Assembly: GCA_963793305.1 (NCBI GenBank) | Contig: CAWBZV010000005.1 | Location: forward strand, 512,001 to 576,000 | From: an uncultured Gemmatimonadales bacterium | GTDB taxonomy: Bacteria > Gemmatimonadota > Gemmatimonadetes > Gemmatimonadales > Gemmatimonadaceae | Direction of reading: 5' to 3' | DNA: 64,000 nucleotides | Shown here: positions 11,413 to 20,654 of the stretch, in pieces | How positions within the stretch are numbered: position 1 is the first letter of the stretch | Layout of the letters: each line of letters starts with the position of its first letter | Program-made: the position numbers and the translations under genes | The notes under the pieces: model-generated | The model's database searches: none | What the model saw: only the letters and a program-made list of their open reading frames with translations | What the model was told of the DNA's origin: nothing

Positions 11413-11507
11413 ACCGGAACGCTAGGAAGAAGAAGTCTCCGGGCGTGGTCGAGCGGCGTCGCGCTCGTGACCGCACGATCTCAATCTGATGGCCCCAGCG
11501 ATCGTCA

Positions 11508-11525
11508 GTCTAGAACACACGCAAC
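11508..11525 (-). promoter_or_regulatory. Motif copy 5 (GTTGCGTGTGTTCTAGAC)
   Basis: 19-bp spacer then CAGATT; points at the 11412 gene. Confidence 0.7.
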
Positions 11526-11546
11526 GTTCTCGTGGCGCAGGGCCAG

Positions 11547-11564
11547 GTTGGGTTCCTTCAAGAC
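11547..11564 (+). promoter_or_regulatory. Motif copy 6 (GTTGGGTTCCTTCAAGAC), orphan
   Basis: Back-to-back with copy 5; no + strand gene downstream. Confidence 0.55.
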
Positions 11565-11632
11565 GGCGTGGTGAATGAGCGCGGCGCGGCTCGATGGGCA
11601 CTTCGTGGGTCGCGCGCACTGAGAATCGCTGA

Positions 11633-14209
11633 CTAATTCGTTTGAAGCGCCAGCCTCGGATCGACGGTCGTGGCGCGTCGCACGGGGAAGTACGCCGCGG
11701 CGGTGGCGACGAGCAACATGAACAGTACGGCGCCGGCGAGCACCCATGGATCGAGCGGGCTCGTGCCGAAGAGCAGCGACGCAATGAGGCGCGACAGCGT
11801 GATCGCGCCGAGCAAGCCGAATGCGATACCGATCGCGGTCACCGCGAGGCCGTGGCGGAGCACCAAGGCGCGAATCGACCCGCGATCGGCGCCCAGCGCG
11901 ATGCGGATGCCGATCTCTTTCCGTCGCAGGGTGACGACGTACGACAGGATGCCGAAGAGGCCGACGGCCGCCAGCGCCAGTGCGACCGCGGCGAACGCCG
12001 TGAGGAGGCGCATGATGAACACGCGTTGCGCCGTGCCGCGTCCGATCGCATCGTCGAGCGCCATCGGTTGGTCGACGACGAGTCGCGGGTCGAGCGCGGC
12101 CAACGTGCGCCGAGCCTGGGGGAGGAAGTCGAGTGGTGGACCGTCCGTGAGCACCACCTGTGTCAGCTCCCAGTTCCACGAGGCGAACTGGCGGTGCGGG
12201 TGGTAGATGTACGCGTCCGCGTGCCCGGTGGCATCGACTGCAACGTCGCCAACGACCCCGATGACGACGAGCGGGGGCCCTCCGCTCGATAGGCGTTGGC
12301 CAATGGGGACGATGCCGCGAAAGAACCGTTGCGCGGCGCTCTGGCTGATCACGACATGGCGGGGCGCGCCGGAGTCGGTGAGCGGTTGTTCGCGGTCGTC
12401 AAACGTCCGGCCAGCGATGAGCGGGATGTGCGTGGCGGCGAAGTAGTTGCCCGACACGACGCGGTTTTGCGCCATGTAGTGATAGTTGCTGTCGGCCCCG
12501 CGCGGTCCGCTCAGGATCCGCACGCCCCACGAGTTGAAGTCGCCCGTGGCCGGCAGCTTGGTGACGCCGCCCGCGGCGCGCACGCCGGATTGTTCGGCGA
12601 GCCGGTGCGCGAGCGCCTCGTAGAACTTGGCGCGCGCGGTCGAATCGTACATTGCCTCGGGGAGCGCGACGCGGAACGTGAGCACGTGATCGCCGCGGAC
12701 ACCGAGAGGCAGGTCCCGAAGCCGGGCGAGGCTCGCCAACAACAGGCCAGCGCCGACGAGGAGCACGAACGCGAGCGCGACTTGGATGACGACCAGTCCA
12801 GCCCTCAGCGTACCTTGCCCGGCGCTTGCCGTGCCCGCTGCGCCGCGCGTCTGGTTACCGATCCGCGCCGCGCGCAGCGCGGGCGCGAGGCCGAACATGA
12901 TGGCGCTGAGCGAGGAGATCGCGAGGCAGAACAGCAGCATGCGCGGATCGAGCGTCAGCTGATCGAGTCGCGGAATCGACTCCGCGCCCAGCCAAACGAG
13001 GCCGCGCATGACGACCCACGCGACGCCCAAGCCGGCGATGCCGCCCCCCAGGGCAAGCGTAGCGCTCTCCGTCAATAGCTGCCGCACGATGCGGCTTCGG
13101 CGTGCGCCGAGCGCGGCGCGCAGCGCCAATTCGGGTCTCCGCTCCGACGCCCGGACGAGCAGCAGGTTCGCGACATTCACGCAGACGAGCAAGAGCACCA
13201 GTCCGACGGCGCCGAACACAAGTTTAAGGGCCGAGCCAGCGGATCCGACAACGTCGGCCTTGAGCGGATCCAGCAGCGCCTTGGCGTTCTTCGTCCGCGG
13301 CTCCTGAACGGCCAGCGACTGTTGGAGCGCACTGATCTCCGCCTGCGCCCGCACGAGCGACGTGCCCGGTTGCAATCGCGCGAGCATCGTGAGCCAGAAG
13401 TTGCCCGGATTGTCGGGCTGCGAGAGGTCGATCGGCACCCACGCGTCGACATCGCCCATGATCGGGTCACGCAGGCCATCGGGGCCGACACCGATCACCG
13501 TGTACGGGGCGCCGTTGAGTGTCAAGGAGCGGCCGAGGACCTTGCGATCACCACCGAAACGGCGCTCCCAAATGTGATGGCTCAGCACGACCACGTGCGC
13601 CCCGTTCTCTTCGTTCTCCGCGAACGGTCGCCCGAGCGGCGGCAGCGCGCGCAACATCGCAAAATACCCGCTGCTCACGGGCAGCAATCGAATCCGCTCG
13701 GCTCCAGCGCCCAGGTCAACGTCCGCGCCGACCAGATCGTACGTAAAGAGCGCGGCGACCGACTGGAACAACGTCATGTGGTCATGGTACGCTTTGAAGT
13801 GGAACGTGCTCACGAACGTGCGCTCGGCCGGACTGCCATACGATGTATAGACTCGGACCAGTTGCGCGGGCTCGGCGTACGGCAATGGCTTGAGCAGCAC
13901 GGCGTCAACCACGCTGAACACGGCGGTGGTGCCCCCAACGCCTATCGCGAGTGTCGCGATGGCGAGCAAGGCGAATTGGGGTCGCTTGCCGAGGGTTCTC
14001 AACGACCAGGCGACATCGGCGACGGTCTCCTCGATCACCCGCGTGCCGCGCGCATCGCGCACGTCCTCCTTGTAGCGCTCGATGTCGCCGAACGCCTTCC
14101 GCCCCGCCATCTCCAGGTGGAATCGCATCTCCTCGGCCATGTCCCGCTCTTCCTGGCCGCGAAACACGAGCGCGTGGAGCCGCTCCCGGAGATCTGACCA
14201 GAGGCTCAC
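11633..14209 (-). CDS. ADOP-family duplicated ABC permease
   Basis: EEMRFHLEM N-terminus, LAIGVGGTTAVFS, CVNVANLLL, KEIGIRIALGA. Confidence 0.92.
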   Translation of the reverse strand: MSLWSDLRERLHALVFRGQEERDMAEEMRFHLEMAGRKAFGDIERYKEDVRDARGTRVIEETVADVAWSLRTLGKRPQFALLAIATLAIGVGGTTAVFSVVDAVLLKPLPYAEPAQLVRVYTSYGSPAERTFVSTFHFKAYHDHMTLFQSVAALFTYDLVGADVDLGAGAERIRLLPVSSGYFAMLRALPPLGRPFAENEENGAHVVVLSHHIWERRFGGDRKVLGRSLTLNGAPYTVIGVGPDGLRDPIMGDVDAWVPIDLSQPDNPGNFWLTMLARLQPGTSLVRAQAEISALQQSLAVQEPRTKNAKALLDPLKADVVGSAGSALKLVFGAVGLVLLLVCVNVANLLLVRASERRPELALRAALGARRSRIVRQLLTESATLALGGGIAGLGVAWVVMRGLVWLGAESIPRLDQLTLDPRMLLFCLAISSLSAIMFGLAPALRAARIGNQTRGAAGTASAGQGTLRAGLVVIQVALAFVLLVGAGLLLASLARLRDLPLGVRGDHVLTFRVALPEAMYDSTARAKFYEALAHRLAEQSGVRAAGGVTKLPATGDFNSWGVRILSGPRGADSNYHYMAQNRVVSGNYFAATHIPLIAGRTFDDREQPLTDSGAPRHVVISQSAAQRFFRGIVPIGQRLSSGGPPLVVIGVVGDVAVDATGHADAYIYHPHRQFASWNWELTQVVLTDGPPLDFLPQARRTLAALDPRLVVDQPMALDDAIGRGTAQRVFIMRLLTAFAAVALALAAVGLFGILSYVVTLRRKEIGIRIALGADRGSIRALVLRHGLAVTAIGIAFGLLGAITLSRLIASLLFGTSPLDPWVLAGAVLFMLLVATAAAYFPVRRATTVDPRLALQTN

Positions 14210-14303
14210 GCCACCAGCCAGTTGACGGCGGTCGACGTGCGCCGCTTCATGCGTCGACGAGCGTGCACAGGACGAGCATCTCGAGCGTGTCTGGAAGGAT
14301 CAT
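14206..14303 (-). pseudogene. PadR-family regulator remnant (internal deletion)
   Basis: N-terminus MILPDTLEMLVLCTL and C-terminus KRRTSTAVNWLVA* in under 100 bp; stop overlaps the ADOP start (GTGA). Confidence 0.65.
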
Positions 14304-14306
14304 GCT

Positions 14307-14340
14307 CCTGTAGATTGTCTACAGGTAGCAGCGCTGTCAA
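14307..14340 (-). promoter_or_regulatory. Palindromic operator CCTGTAGA-ttg-TCTACAGG overlapping a TTGACA-17-CAATCT promoter
   Basis: Perfect 8-3-8 inverted repeat at 14307-14325, immediately upstream of the PadR remnant. Confidence 0.7.
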
Positions 14341-14398
14341 GCGATTTGAGCGAGCGACCGTGTCAGGACACCGCGGCCGTAGTCGTTCACAGCGGCAG

Positions 14399-14416
14399 GT
14401 TGGATTCATGCAAGAC
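14399..14416 (+). promoter_or_regulatory. Motif copy 7 (GTTGGATTCATGCAAGAC)
   Basis: 18-bp spacer then CAACTT. Confidence 0.65.
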
Positions 14417-14599
14417 GGCGTGGTTGCGGAAGTGCAACTTCGGCCGCGTTGGATGTGCCCCACGTGGAGGTGGCCACGTGTTGCTCTGTCGCGTGGGGTG
14501 ACGTCGCGCGCGCGGCCGCTACGCTTTTTCGCGTACAGGGTCCTAGGTCACGGCCGGTGTCAGCACCAGATAGCCGCGGACCGCAATGGAGCCTGTGTG

Positions 14600-16582
14600 A
14601 TGGACGGGACAGACCATGATGCTCCGGTGCCTGACTCGTCCTTGAGCGCGGAGGAGCGCGACCTGGGGATGGGCGCCGACATCACGCGGCGCGATTTTCT
14701 CAATGCGGTCGTGCTGGGAACGGGTGCCGCGCTGCTCGGGGCTCCGGGGCCTCGGGCGGATGCGCCGCCTGATCCGTGGCATCCGTGGACGGGATATGGC
14801 GGTGTCGGAGACTACGCGAGCTCAAACGGCAACACCTGGGATGTCGTCACCGCCGGACACGGCATACGCGACGATCTCTACGAGCGTCGCATCGGCGCGG
14901 CGCCGTCGACCGGCGAGCAGTACGATCTCGTGATCGTCGGTGGTGGATTCGCTGGTGTTATGGCGGCGTACACGTTCCTTCGGGCGACGCATCGACAGCG
15001 GTCCGTTCTCATTCTCGACAACCATCCGGTTATCGGGGGCGAAGCCAAGCGCAACGAGTTTCTGGTGCGCGGCCAACGGCTGGTGGGACCGCAAGGCTCG
15101 AATCAGATGGCGTTGTTCGCGGCCGACGGCGGCACGACGTGGTGGAAAGACGTCGGGCTTCCCACCGCGTTCGAGTTCGGCACGATGCCGTCTGGTCGCC
15201 GGTCCATGGAATTCCCGTTGGACAATTATCTGTATCAGCTGTGGGCCGATGAGTTCGAGCAGCATGGGTACTTCTTCGAGACGTCCACGCCGCAGTGGGT
15301 GACGAATCCCTGGGGGCACGATCTCGAGGGGACGCCGTGGCCGGCCGAGGTGAAGCGAGACCTCCTGCGCTGGCGGAGGGAATCGGCGCAGCCGTTTCAG
15401 GGCGACGAGACGCGTCTCAGGGAATGGCTGGACGGCATGACGTACGATCAGTACTTGACGAACGTCCGTGGCTTTCATCCGGAGGTCGCGCGCTTCGTGG
15501 ACCCGATCGTGGCATCGGCGTTCGGTCTGGGGAGTGATGCCATCTCCGCGTGGCTCGCGTCGTTCGATTTTCCGGGATTTCATGGGCTCTCCGCGAGCCG
15601 CGATGCGGCAGGCCTCGACACGCCGGGCAATCGGCTTTCCGCCAACGTCACGGGGCGTCGAGAGATCTTTTCCTTTCCGGGTGGGAACGACGCGGTGATG
15701 CGCGCGCTCGTCAAGGCGATCAATCCCGACGCGATCGAGGGTAGCGCTGCGTTTGCCGATGTGCACAACGGTCGCATTCGCTTCGAGGCGCTGGACCGTC
15801 CGAACATCCCGTGCCGGATGCGCGCAGGCGCCACGGTCGTGCGCCTCGTACACGATCCCGACCACCCAAGCGCGGGCGCGACTATTACGTACGCGCGTGG
15901 CGGGACACTCCAGTCCATCGCGGCGCGCACGGTCATCTGGGCGGCGGCGAGCTGGAGCGGAAAGCACGCCGTGGAGCGACTGCCGGAGGACTATCGCGCG
16001 GCGATGGACCGCTTCCCGCGCTCGCCGATGCTGGTCGTCAATGTGGCGCTGGATAACTGGCGCGCGCTGTACCGGCTGGGATATACGGCGTGCTCGTGGC
16101 GGGGCGGATTTGGATACACGGGGAACCTGCGGGCGCCGATGTACGTCGGCGACTATCGCCCGCCGCTCGACCCGGATCAGCCGACGTTGTTCACGCTGTA
16201 CGTGCCGTTCAATCAGTATGGACTGGCGCTCGTGGAGCAGGGGAAAGCGGGTCGGGCGAAACTGTACGCGACGACGTATCGAGACTACGAGGCGCAGATT
16301 CGTCGCCAACTCACGGCGATGTTCGGTGGCGCGGGATTCGATCCGGCGCGGGACATCGCGGGCGTCGTGCTCAATCGGTGGGGACACGCCTATGTGAACG
16401 CGGGACCGGGCTTCTTCACGAATCGGGACGGGCAGTCCTCGCCAGGGGATGTGCTGCGACGGCCGCTCGGGAACCTGACGTTCGCGCACTCCGAGCTCGG
16501 TGGTGCGCAGACGGCGCCGGCGGCTTGGGCTGAAGGTCGGCGGGCGGCGCAGCAAGTCGTGGACTTGCTGGCGAGCGCGTGA
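14600..16582 (+). CDS. Tat-exported FAD-dependent oxidoreductase, spermidine dehydrogenase-like
   Basis: ITRRDFLN Tat motif, DLVIVGGGFAG, ILDNHPVIGGEAKRNEF, FPGGN, NRWGHAY. Confidence 0.8.
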   Translation: MDGTDHDAPVPDSSLSAEERDLGMGADITRRDFLNAVVLGTGAALLGAPGPRADAPPDPWHPWTGYGGVGDYASSNGNTWDVVTAGHGIRDDLYERRIGAAPSTGEQYDLVIVGGGFAGVMAAYTFLRATHRQRSVLILDNHPVIGGEAKRNEFLVRGQRLVGPQGSNQMALFAADGGTTWWKDVGLPTAFEFGTMPSGRRSMEFPLDNYLYQLWADEFEQHGYFFETSTPQWVTNPWGHDLEGTPWPAEVKRDLLRWRRESAQPFQGDETRLREWLDGMTYDQYLTNVRGFHPEVARFVDPIVASAFGLGSDAISAWLASFDFPGFHGLSASRDAAGLDTPGNRLSANVTGRREIFSFPGGNDAVMRALVKAINPDAIEGSAAFADVHNGRIRFEALDRPNIPCRMRAGATVVRLVHDPDHPSAGATITYARGGTLQSIAARTVIWAAASWSGKHAVERLPEDYRAAMDRFPRSPMLVVNVALDNWRALYRLGYTACSWRGGFGYTGNLRAPMYVGDYRPPLDPDQPTLFTLYVPFNQYGLALVEQGKAGRAKLYATTYRDYEAQIRRQLTAMFGGAGFDPARDIAGVVLNRWGHAYVNAGPGFFTNRDGQSSPGDVLRRPLGNLTFAHSELGGAQTAPAAWAEGRRAAQQVVDLLASA

Positions 16583-17179
16583 CCTGGTCTGTGGCATCGC
16601 CGCATCCGGCACCTGACAACGGGCGAGCTCCCGAGCCGATTCTGGTGGCGCGCATTCGCGCTGGGGACGTGCGTGCGTTCGAAACGTTGTTCCGCACCCA
16701 CTTCGCATCGCTCTGTTCGCTGGCGTTTTCGTTCGTGCGCGCTCCGGACGCGGCGGAGGATGTGGTGCAGAACGTGTTCCGGGTCGTGTGGATGCGCCGC
16801 CGCCTGTGGCATGTGCATGGCGCCGTGGGCGCGTATCTGCGCCAGGCCGTGCGACACGAGGCGTTGAACGCGCTGCGGGGCGCGCGTCGGGAACGCGACG
16901 CGGTGCTGCGCGCGAGCCGGGATGCGAGTGTCACGGATGTCGAGCGCGATGCCGGCGTCGAGGACATGGTGGCCGCCGCGGAGTTGGCGCAAACCGTCGT
17001 GGAGGCGGCCTACGGCCTGCCCCCACGATGCCGCGCGGTGTTTCTGCTCAAATGGGAGCGGGGCCTGACGTACCGGGAGATCGCGGATCGGCTCAACCTG
17101 TCGATCAAGACGGTCGAGATGCAGAATGACGCGTGCACTCAAGTCGATTCGCGCGCGCGTCGGCGATCCGCGATGGTAA
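16579..17179 (+). CDS. ECF (FecI-like) RNA polymerase sigma-70 factor; +1 frameshift at ~17125
   Basis: AEDVVQNVF, LPPRCRAVFLL, LTYREIADRLNLSIKTVEMQ(MTRALKSIR). Confidence 0.85.
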
Positions 17180-17271
17180 CATGGGTTGGGGGGCGGCGCC
17201 GGCGGATCGCCGATACAGGGTGCTTGGCTCGTCCCGGTGTCTTACTGGCGCATGCGTCACGACGCCGCTCG

Positions 17272-17925
17272 ATGCTGACCGATGCCGATTGGACGCGCCT
17301 CACGCGCTATGTCGTTGGCGAATGTGCGCCCGCCATCGGCGATCGGGATCGGGCGTGGATCGACGCCGATCCCGATCGGCGCGCCATTGCCGACGCGTTA
17401 CTCGAAGTGCGCTCGGCATCGCCAGGCCCCGCGCCGGAGTGGAACGCGCATCGAGTTTGGGCGCGGTTGTGTGACTCCGTCGGCGTCGGCGCTGGCGGAG
17501 TCCGATCCGTTCGGTCCATCCGGCGCACCTACCCGTTGGTCTTTCCGAGCCGGGAGCGCACGTGGCGCCGCTGGTGGGTGAGCCGGGTCGCGGCCGTGAT
17601 GCTGGTCCTGGCTGGCGGCGTCGCCGTGTATCGGGTCAGTCGTGGGACGCGGGCTCCGGTGACGCGGCAGCTCGTGACGACGCGCCCTCACCGATTCCGA
17701 TCGTGTGTTGATCATCCCGGTGCGTGCGGAGGTGCGGCGCTGCGGCCGCTACCGGCGACTCAGGAGAGCAGCGAGGAGGATTGCGCGATCACCATTCGCA
17801 TGTATGGCCTCCCGGATGCGCCGGACACGACGTGGGCGATCGCCGATTTGCGGATGACCCTCTTCACGTTGCCGAGGATCGAGTTGACCGGTCGCATGGG
17901 CAGCCTGATACCGGTCTGCCAATGA
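17272..17925 (+). pseudogene. FecR-like anti-sigma N-terminus (to ~17688) fused to unrelated sequence
   Basis: DWTRLTRYVVGEC...AWIDADP, a TM helix, then stops at RQLVTTRP where the FecR domain should begin; follows the ECF sigma gene. Confidence 0.65.
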
Positions 17926-18572
17926 ACGGGCGACGCGTCGGTCTCGTCGTCGGAGTACTCAGTATCGTCTTTCTGTTTGCCGTGATGGCTCGGTGGACGG
18001 GAGATGTGCTCTTTGGCCCGATAGGCGTAGTGGTCGCCGCCATCACCGCGTGGTCTGTGGCTGGGCCTGGGACGGCGGGACTCCTTCGCTTAGGCCTTGG
18101 ACGCCCGCGATCGTGGGCGATGACTCTCATCTCAGCCGTGATCACGGCCGTCGTCGGTCAACTGGCCGTGAGTCTGTGCACGCCGCTCGTGATTGGACTG
18201 TGGGGCGCACCGAACTTCTCGGCGCTCGGCGCGATCAAGGGACATCCGTGGGCGCTGGCCAAATTCCTGGTAATCATTTGGACGAGCGCGGCGTTCGGAG
18301 AAGAGATCGTCTTTCGCGGTTTTCTCATTCCGCAGATCGCGCAGGCGTACGGGGACACGCGGCTGGCGAAGCTGGGGGCGATCGTCGTGGCGGCGATCTT
18401 CTTTGGCGCCGCTCACGCGTATCAGGGACCATCAGGAGCGGTGCTCACGGGCGTGATTGCGCTGGTGTACGGCACGGCGTTTGTTGCCGGCCGCGGCAAT
18501 CTGTGGCGGACGATCCTGGCGCACGGTCTCTACGATTCCACCGCATTCATTCTCCTCTATTTCGCCAAATGA
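17922..18572 (+). CDS. CPBP/Abi (CAAX-type) intramembrane metalloprotease
   Basis: GEEIVFRG, FFGAAHAYQG, AHGLYD. Confidence 0.9.
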   Translation: MNGRRVGLVVGVLSIVFLFAVMARWTGDVLFGPIGVVVAAITAWSVAGPGTAGLLRLGLGRPRSWAMTLISAVITAVVGQLAVSLCTPLVIGLWGAPNFSALGAIKGHPWALAKFLVIIWTSAAFGEEIVFRGFLIPQIAQAYGDTRLAKLGAIVVAAIFFGAAHAYQGPSGAVLTGVIALVYGTAFVAGRGNLWRTILAHGLYDSTAFILLYFAK

Positions 18573-19522
18573 GGCGTGCACTCTCGATTCTCGGCCTGCT
18601 GGCGCTGTCGCAGCTCGCCGCCCGGCAGCCGACTCAGGGGTACTTGTCCGGTGCCGATGGGGTGCGGTTGTATTTTCGCCAGGTGGGTTCTGGCCCCGAC
18701 ACGGCCGTCCTGCTCCACGGGGGCCCGGGGCTCAGCATCGGCGTGTCGTGGCCCGATCTGGCGCCGTTGGCCGAGCACGCGGTCGTACTACTATATGATC
18801 AGCGGGGCGCGGGGCGTTCCGAGATCATCAAGGACTCGGCGCGACTGCGGGCGTCCGACCATGTGCGCGATCTGGAGGCGCTGCGCCAGCACTTTGGTTT
18901 GGCGCAGATGACGCTGATCGGGCAGTCGTGGGGCGGCGGACTGGCGATCCTCTATGCGGCTGAGCATCCCGGAGCGCGTCAAGCGCGTCCTGTTGGTCGG
19001 GCCGATGCCGCCGACGGCGGCGCTGTATGCGCTCCGTCAGAAGAAAATCACGGCGAAGGATTCGGCGTCGGGCGCGACGGTTGCGCGGCTGATCGCGGCC
19101 ATTCCGACGGCGGCCGACCCGGCGCCGGTGTGCCGCCAGCTGTTCGCTACGTATTTCACGAGCTATTTCGCCGATCGGGCGTCGGCGGTGCACCTGAAAG
19201 CGGATCCGTGCGACGTGCCGCCTCAAGGGATCCGCAACTTCCCGCTCGTGTCGAATGCGACGATGCAATCGCTCGGGGCGTGGGATTTCACTCCGCTGCT
19301 CGCGCGCCTGACGATGCAGGTGCTCGTCGTCGATGGCGCGCTCAGTGTCGCGACGGTCGATGGCATGCATGCGTTGGCCGTGGGTTGCCGAACGGGCGAC
19401 TGTTGCTGATCCCGGGCGCGGGTCATTATCCGCAAATCGAGCAGCCCGATCGATTCTTTCCGCCGGTTGCGGTGTTTCTGCACGGTGCGTGGCCGGCGGA
19501 CGCGACGACCGAGCATCGGTAG
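18569..19522 (+). CDS. Secreted alpha/beta hydrolase (proline iminopeptidase-like); frameshifts at ~18969 (+1) and ~19382 (-1)
   Basis: LHGGPG, YDQRGAGRS, GQSWGG, GAGHYPQIEQP. Confidence 0.85.
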   Translation: MRRALSILGLLALSQLAARQPTQGYLSGADGVRLYFRQVGSGPDTAVLLHGGPGLSIGVSWPDLAPLAEHAVVLLYDQRGAGRSEIIKDSARLRASDHVRDLEALRQHFGLAQMTLIGQSWGGGLAILYAAEHPGARQARPVGRADAADGGAVCAPSEENHGEGFGVGRDGCAADRGHSDGGRPGAGVPPAVRYVFHELFRRSGVGGAPESGSVRRAASRDPQLPARVECDDAIARGVGFHSAARAPDDAGARRRWRAQCRDGRWHACVGRGLPNGRLLLIPGAGHYPQIEQPDRFFPPVAVFLHGAWPADATTEHR

Positions 19523-19538
19523 AGGCGAAGGCGTCATC

Positions 19539-20654
19539 GTGGATCTGTCGCGCAGGCAGCTACTGCACGTCGCGAATGCCGTCGCCGGTGCGGCGCTGCT
19601 TGGGGATCAGGCGGCGGCTGGCGCGCGACTCAACCTGTTCGATTTCGAGCCGGCGGCGCGAACGCGACTGAGCCCGGATGTGTACGCCTTCATCGCGGGC
19701 GGTGCCGGTGACGAGCTGACCACGCGGTGGAATCGAGAGTCGCTGGATCGCATTCGGCTGTGTCCGCGCAACCTGGAGGATGTGTCGGATGTCGACCTGT
19801 CCGTCAGTCAACCGGGGCTCGATCTCCCGCATCCGATCCTGCTCGCTCCCATTGGGTTTCAGCGTCTCATGCACGTCGAGGGAGAGACTGGGACGGTGCG
19901 TGGCGCGAGCGCGGCCGGTGCGACGACGGTCGTGAGCATGGGGACGACGACGCCGACGGAAGCCCTCGTGCACGCGGCCACGCGACCGATTTGGTCGCAG
20001 ATGTACATGCTCTATAGTCGCGTGTTCGTGCAGGAGTTCGTGGAGCGCGTCCACGCGGCGGGCACGCAGGCCATCGTCGTGACGATCGATACGGCGTCGA
20101 ATGGCCCGCGGAACCGCCAGGAGCGGGCGAAGTTCGGCGTTCCCGCCGATCTGGTGCTCCCGCACATGACGCCCGGCGTGGGCGAAGCGGCCGATCCGAA
20201 GTTCGTGGAGCGCGTGACGTGGACGGATCTCGAGTGGCTGCGGTCCATCGTGCGCCTGCCGTTGTGGGTCAAAGGCATCCTCAATCCGAAGGAAGCGGAT
20301 CGGGCGATCGGATTGGGTGTCTCCGGGCTCATCGTCTCGAACCACGGTGGCCGCAATCTCGATGGGAATCCGGCGACGATCGATGCGCTGCCGTGGGTGA
20401 TCGAAACGGTCGCCGGCCGGGTGCCGGTGCTCATGGATGGTGGGATTCGCCGGGGCACCGACGTGCTCAAAGCGCTGGCGTTGGGTGCCAACGCCGTGCT
20501 GATCGGACGTCCCTACGTATACGGACTCGCGGTCGCGGGGGCGGCCGGGGTGAGCGCCGTGCTCGAGATCCTCAAGACGGAGCTTCGCATGGCTATGATG
20601 CTCACGGGACGTCCGACGGTGGCGTCCATCGATCGGTCCGTCCTGTGGCAATGA
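19539..20654 (+). CDS. FMN-dependent alpha-hydroxy-acid oxidase/dehydrogenase with Tat-like leader
   Basis: SNHGGRNLD, DGGIRRGTDVLKALALGA, IGRP; N-terminal LSRRQLL. Confidence 0.9.
   Translation: MDLSRRQLLHVANAVAGAALLGDQAAAGARLNLFDFEPAARTRLSPDVYAFIAGGAGDELTTRWNRESLDRIRLCPRNLEDVSDVDLSVSQPGLDLPHPILLAPIGFQRLMHVEGETGTVRGASAAGATTVVSMGTTTPTEALVHAATRPIWSQMYMLYSRVFVQEFVERVHAAGTQAIVVTIDTASNGPRNRQERAKFGVPADLVLPHMTPGVGEAADPKFVERVTWTDLEWLRSIVRLPLWVKGILNPKEADRAIGLGVSGLIVSNHGGRNLDGNPATIDALPWVIETVAGRVPVLMDGGIRRGTDVLKALALGANAVLIGRPYVYGLAVAGAAGVSAVLEILKTELRMAMMLTGRPTVASIDRSVLWQ

Noticed and set aside
11568..11632. c-di-GMP-II riboswitch-like pattern (TGAA...GGGCACTT...CTGAG)
   Set aside because: The 3' AGTGCAACCG part is missing and no gene follows on that strand
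14822..16708. Long antisense/alternate ORFs (also 21011-22612, 39633-41219, 52940-54316, 27986-29101)
   Set aside because: Shadow ORFs of high-GC genes with no recognisable motifs
20219..20650. Long N-terminal extensions in the ORF track (also 584-1438, 14222-14599, 55768-56592, 61567-61809)
   Set aside because: They overlap other genes or promoters; downstream starts have signal peptides, coupling or -10 elements
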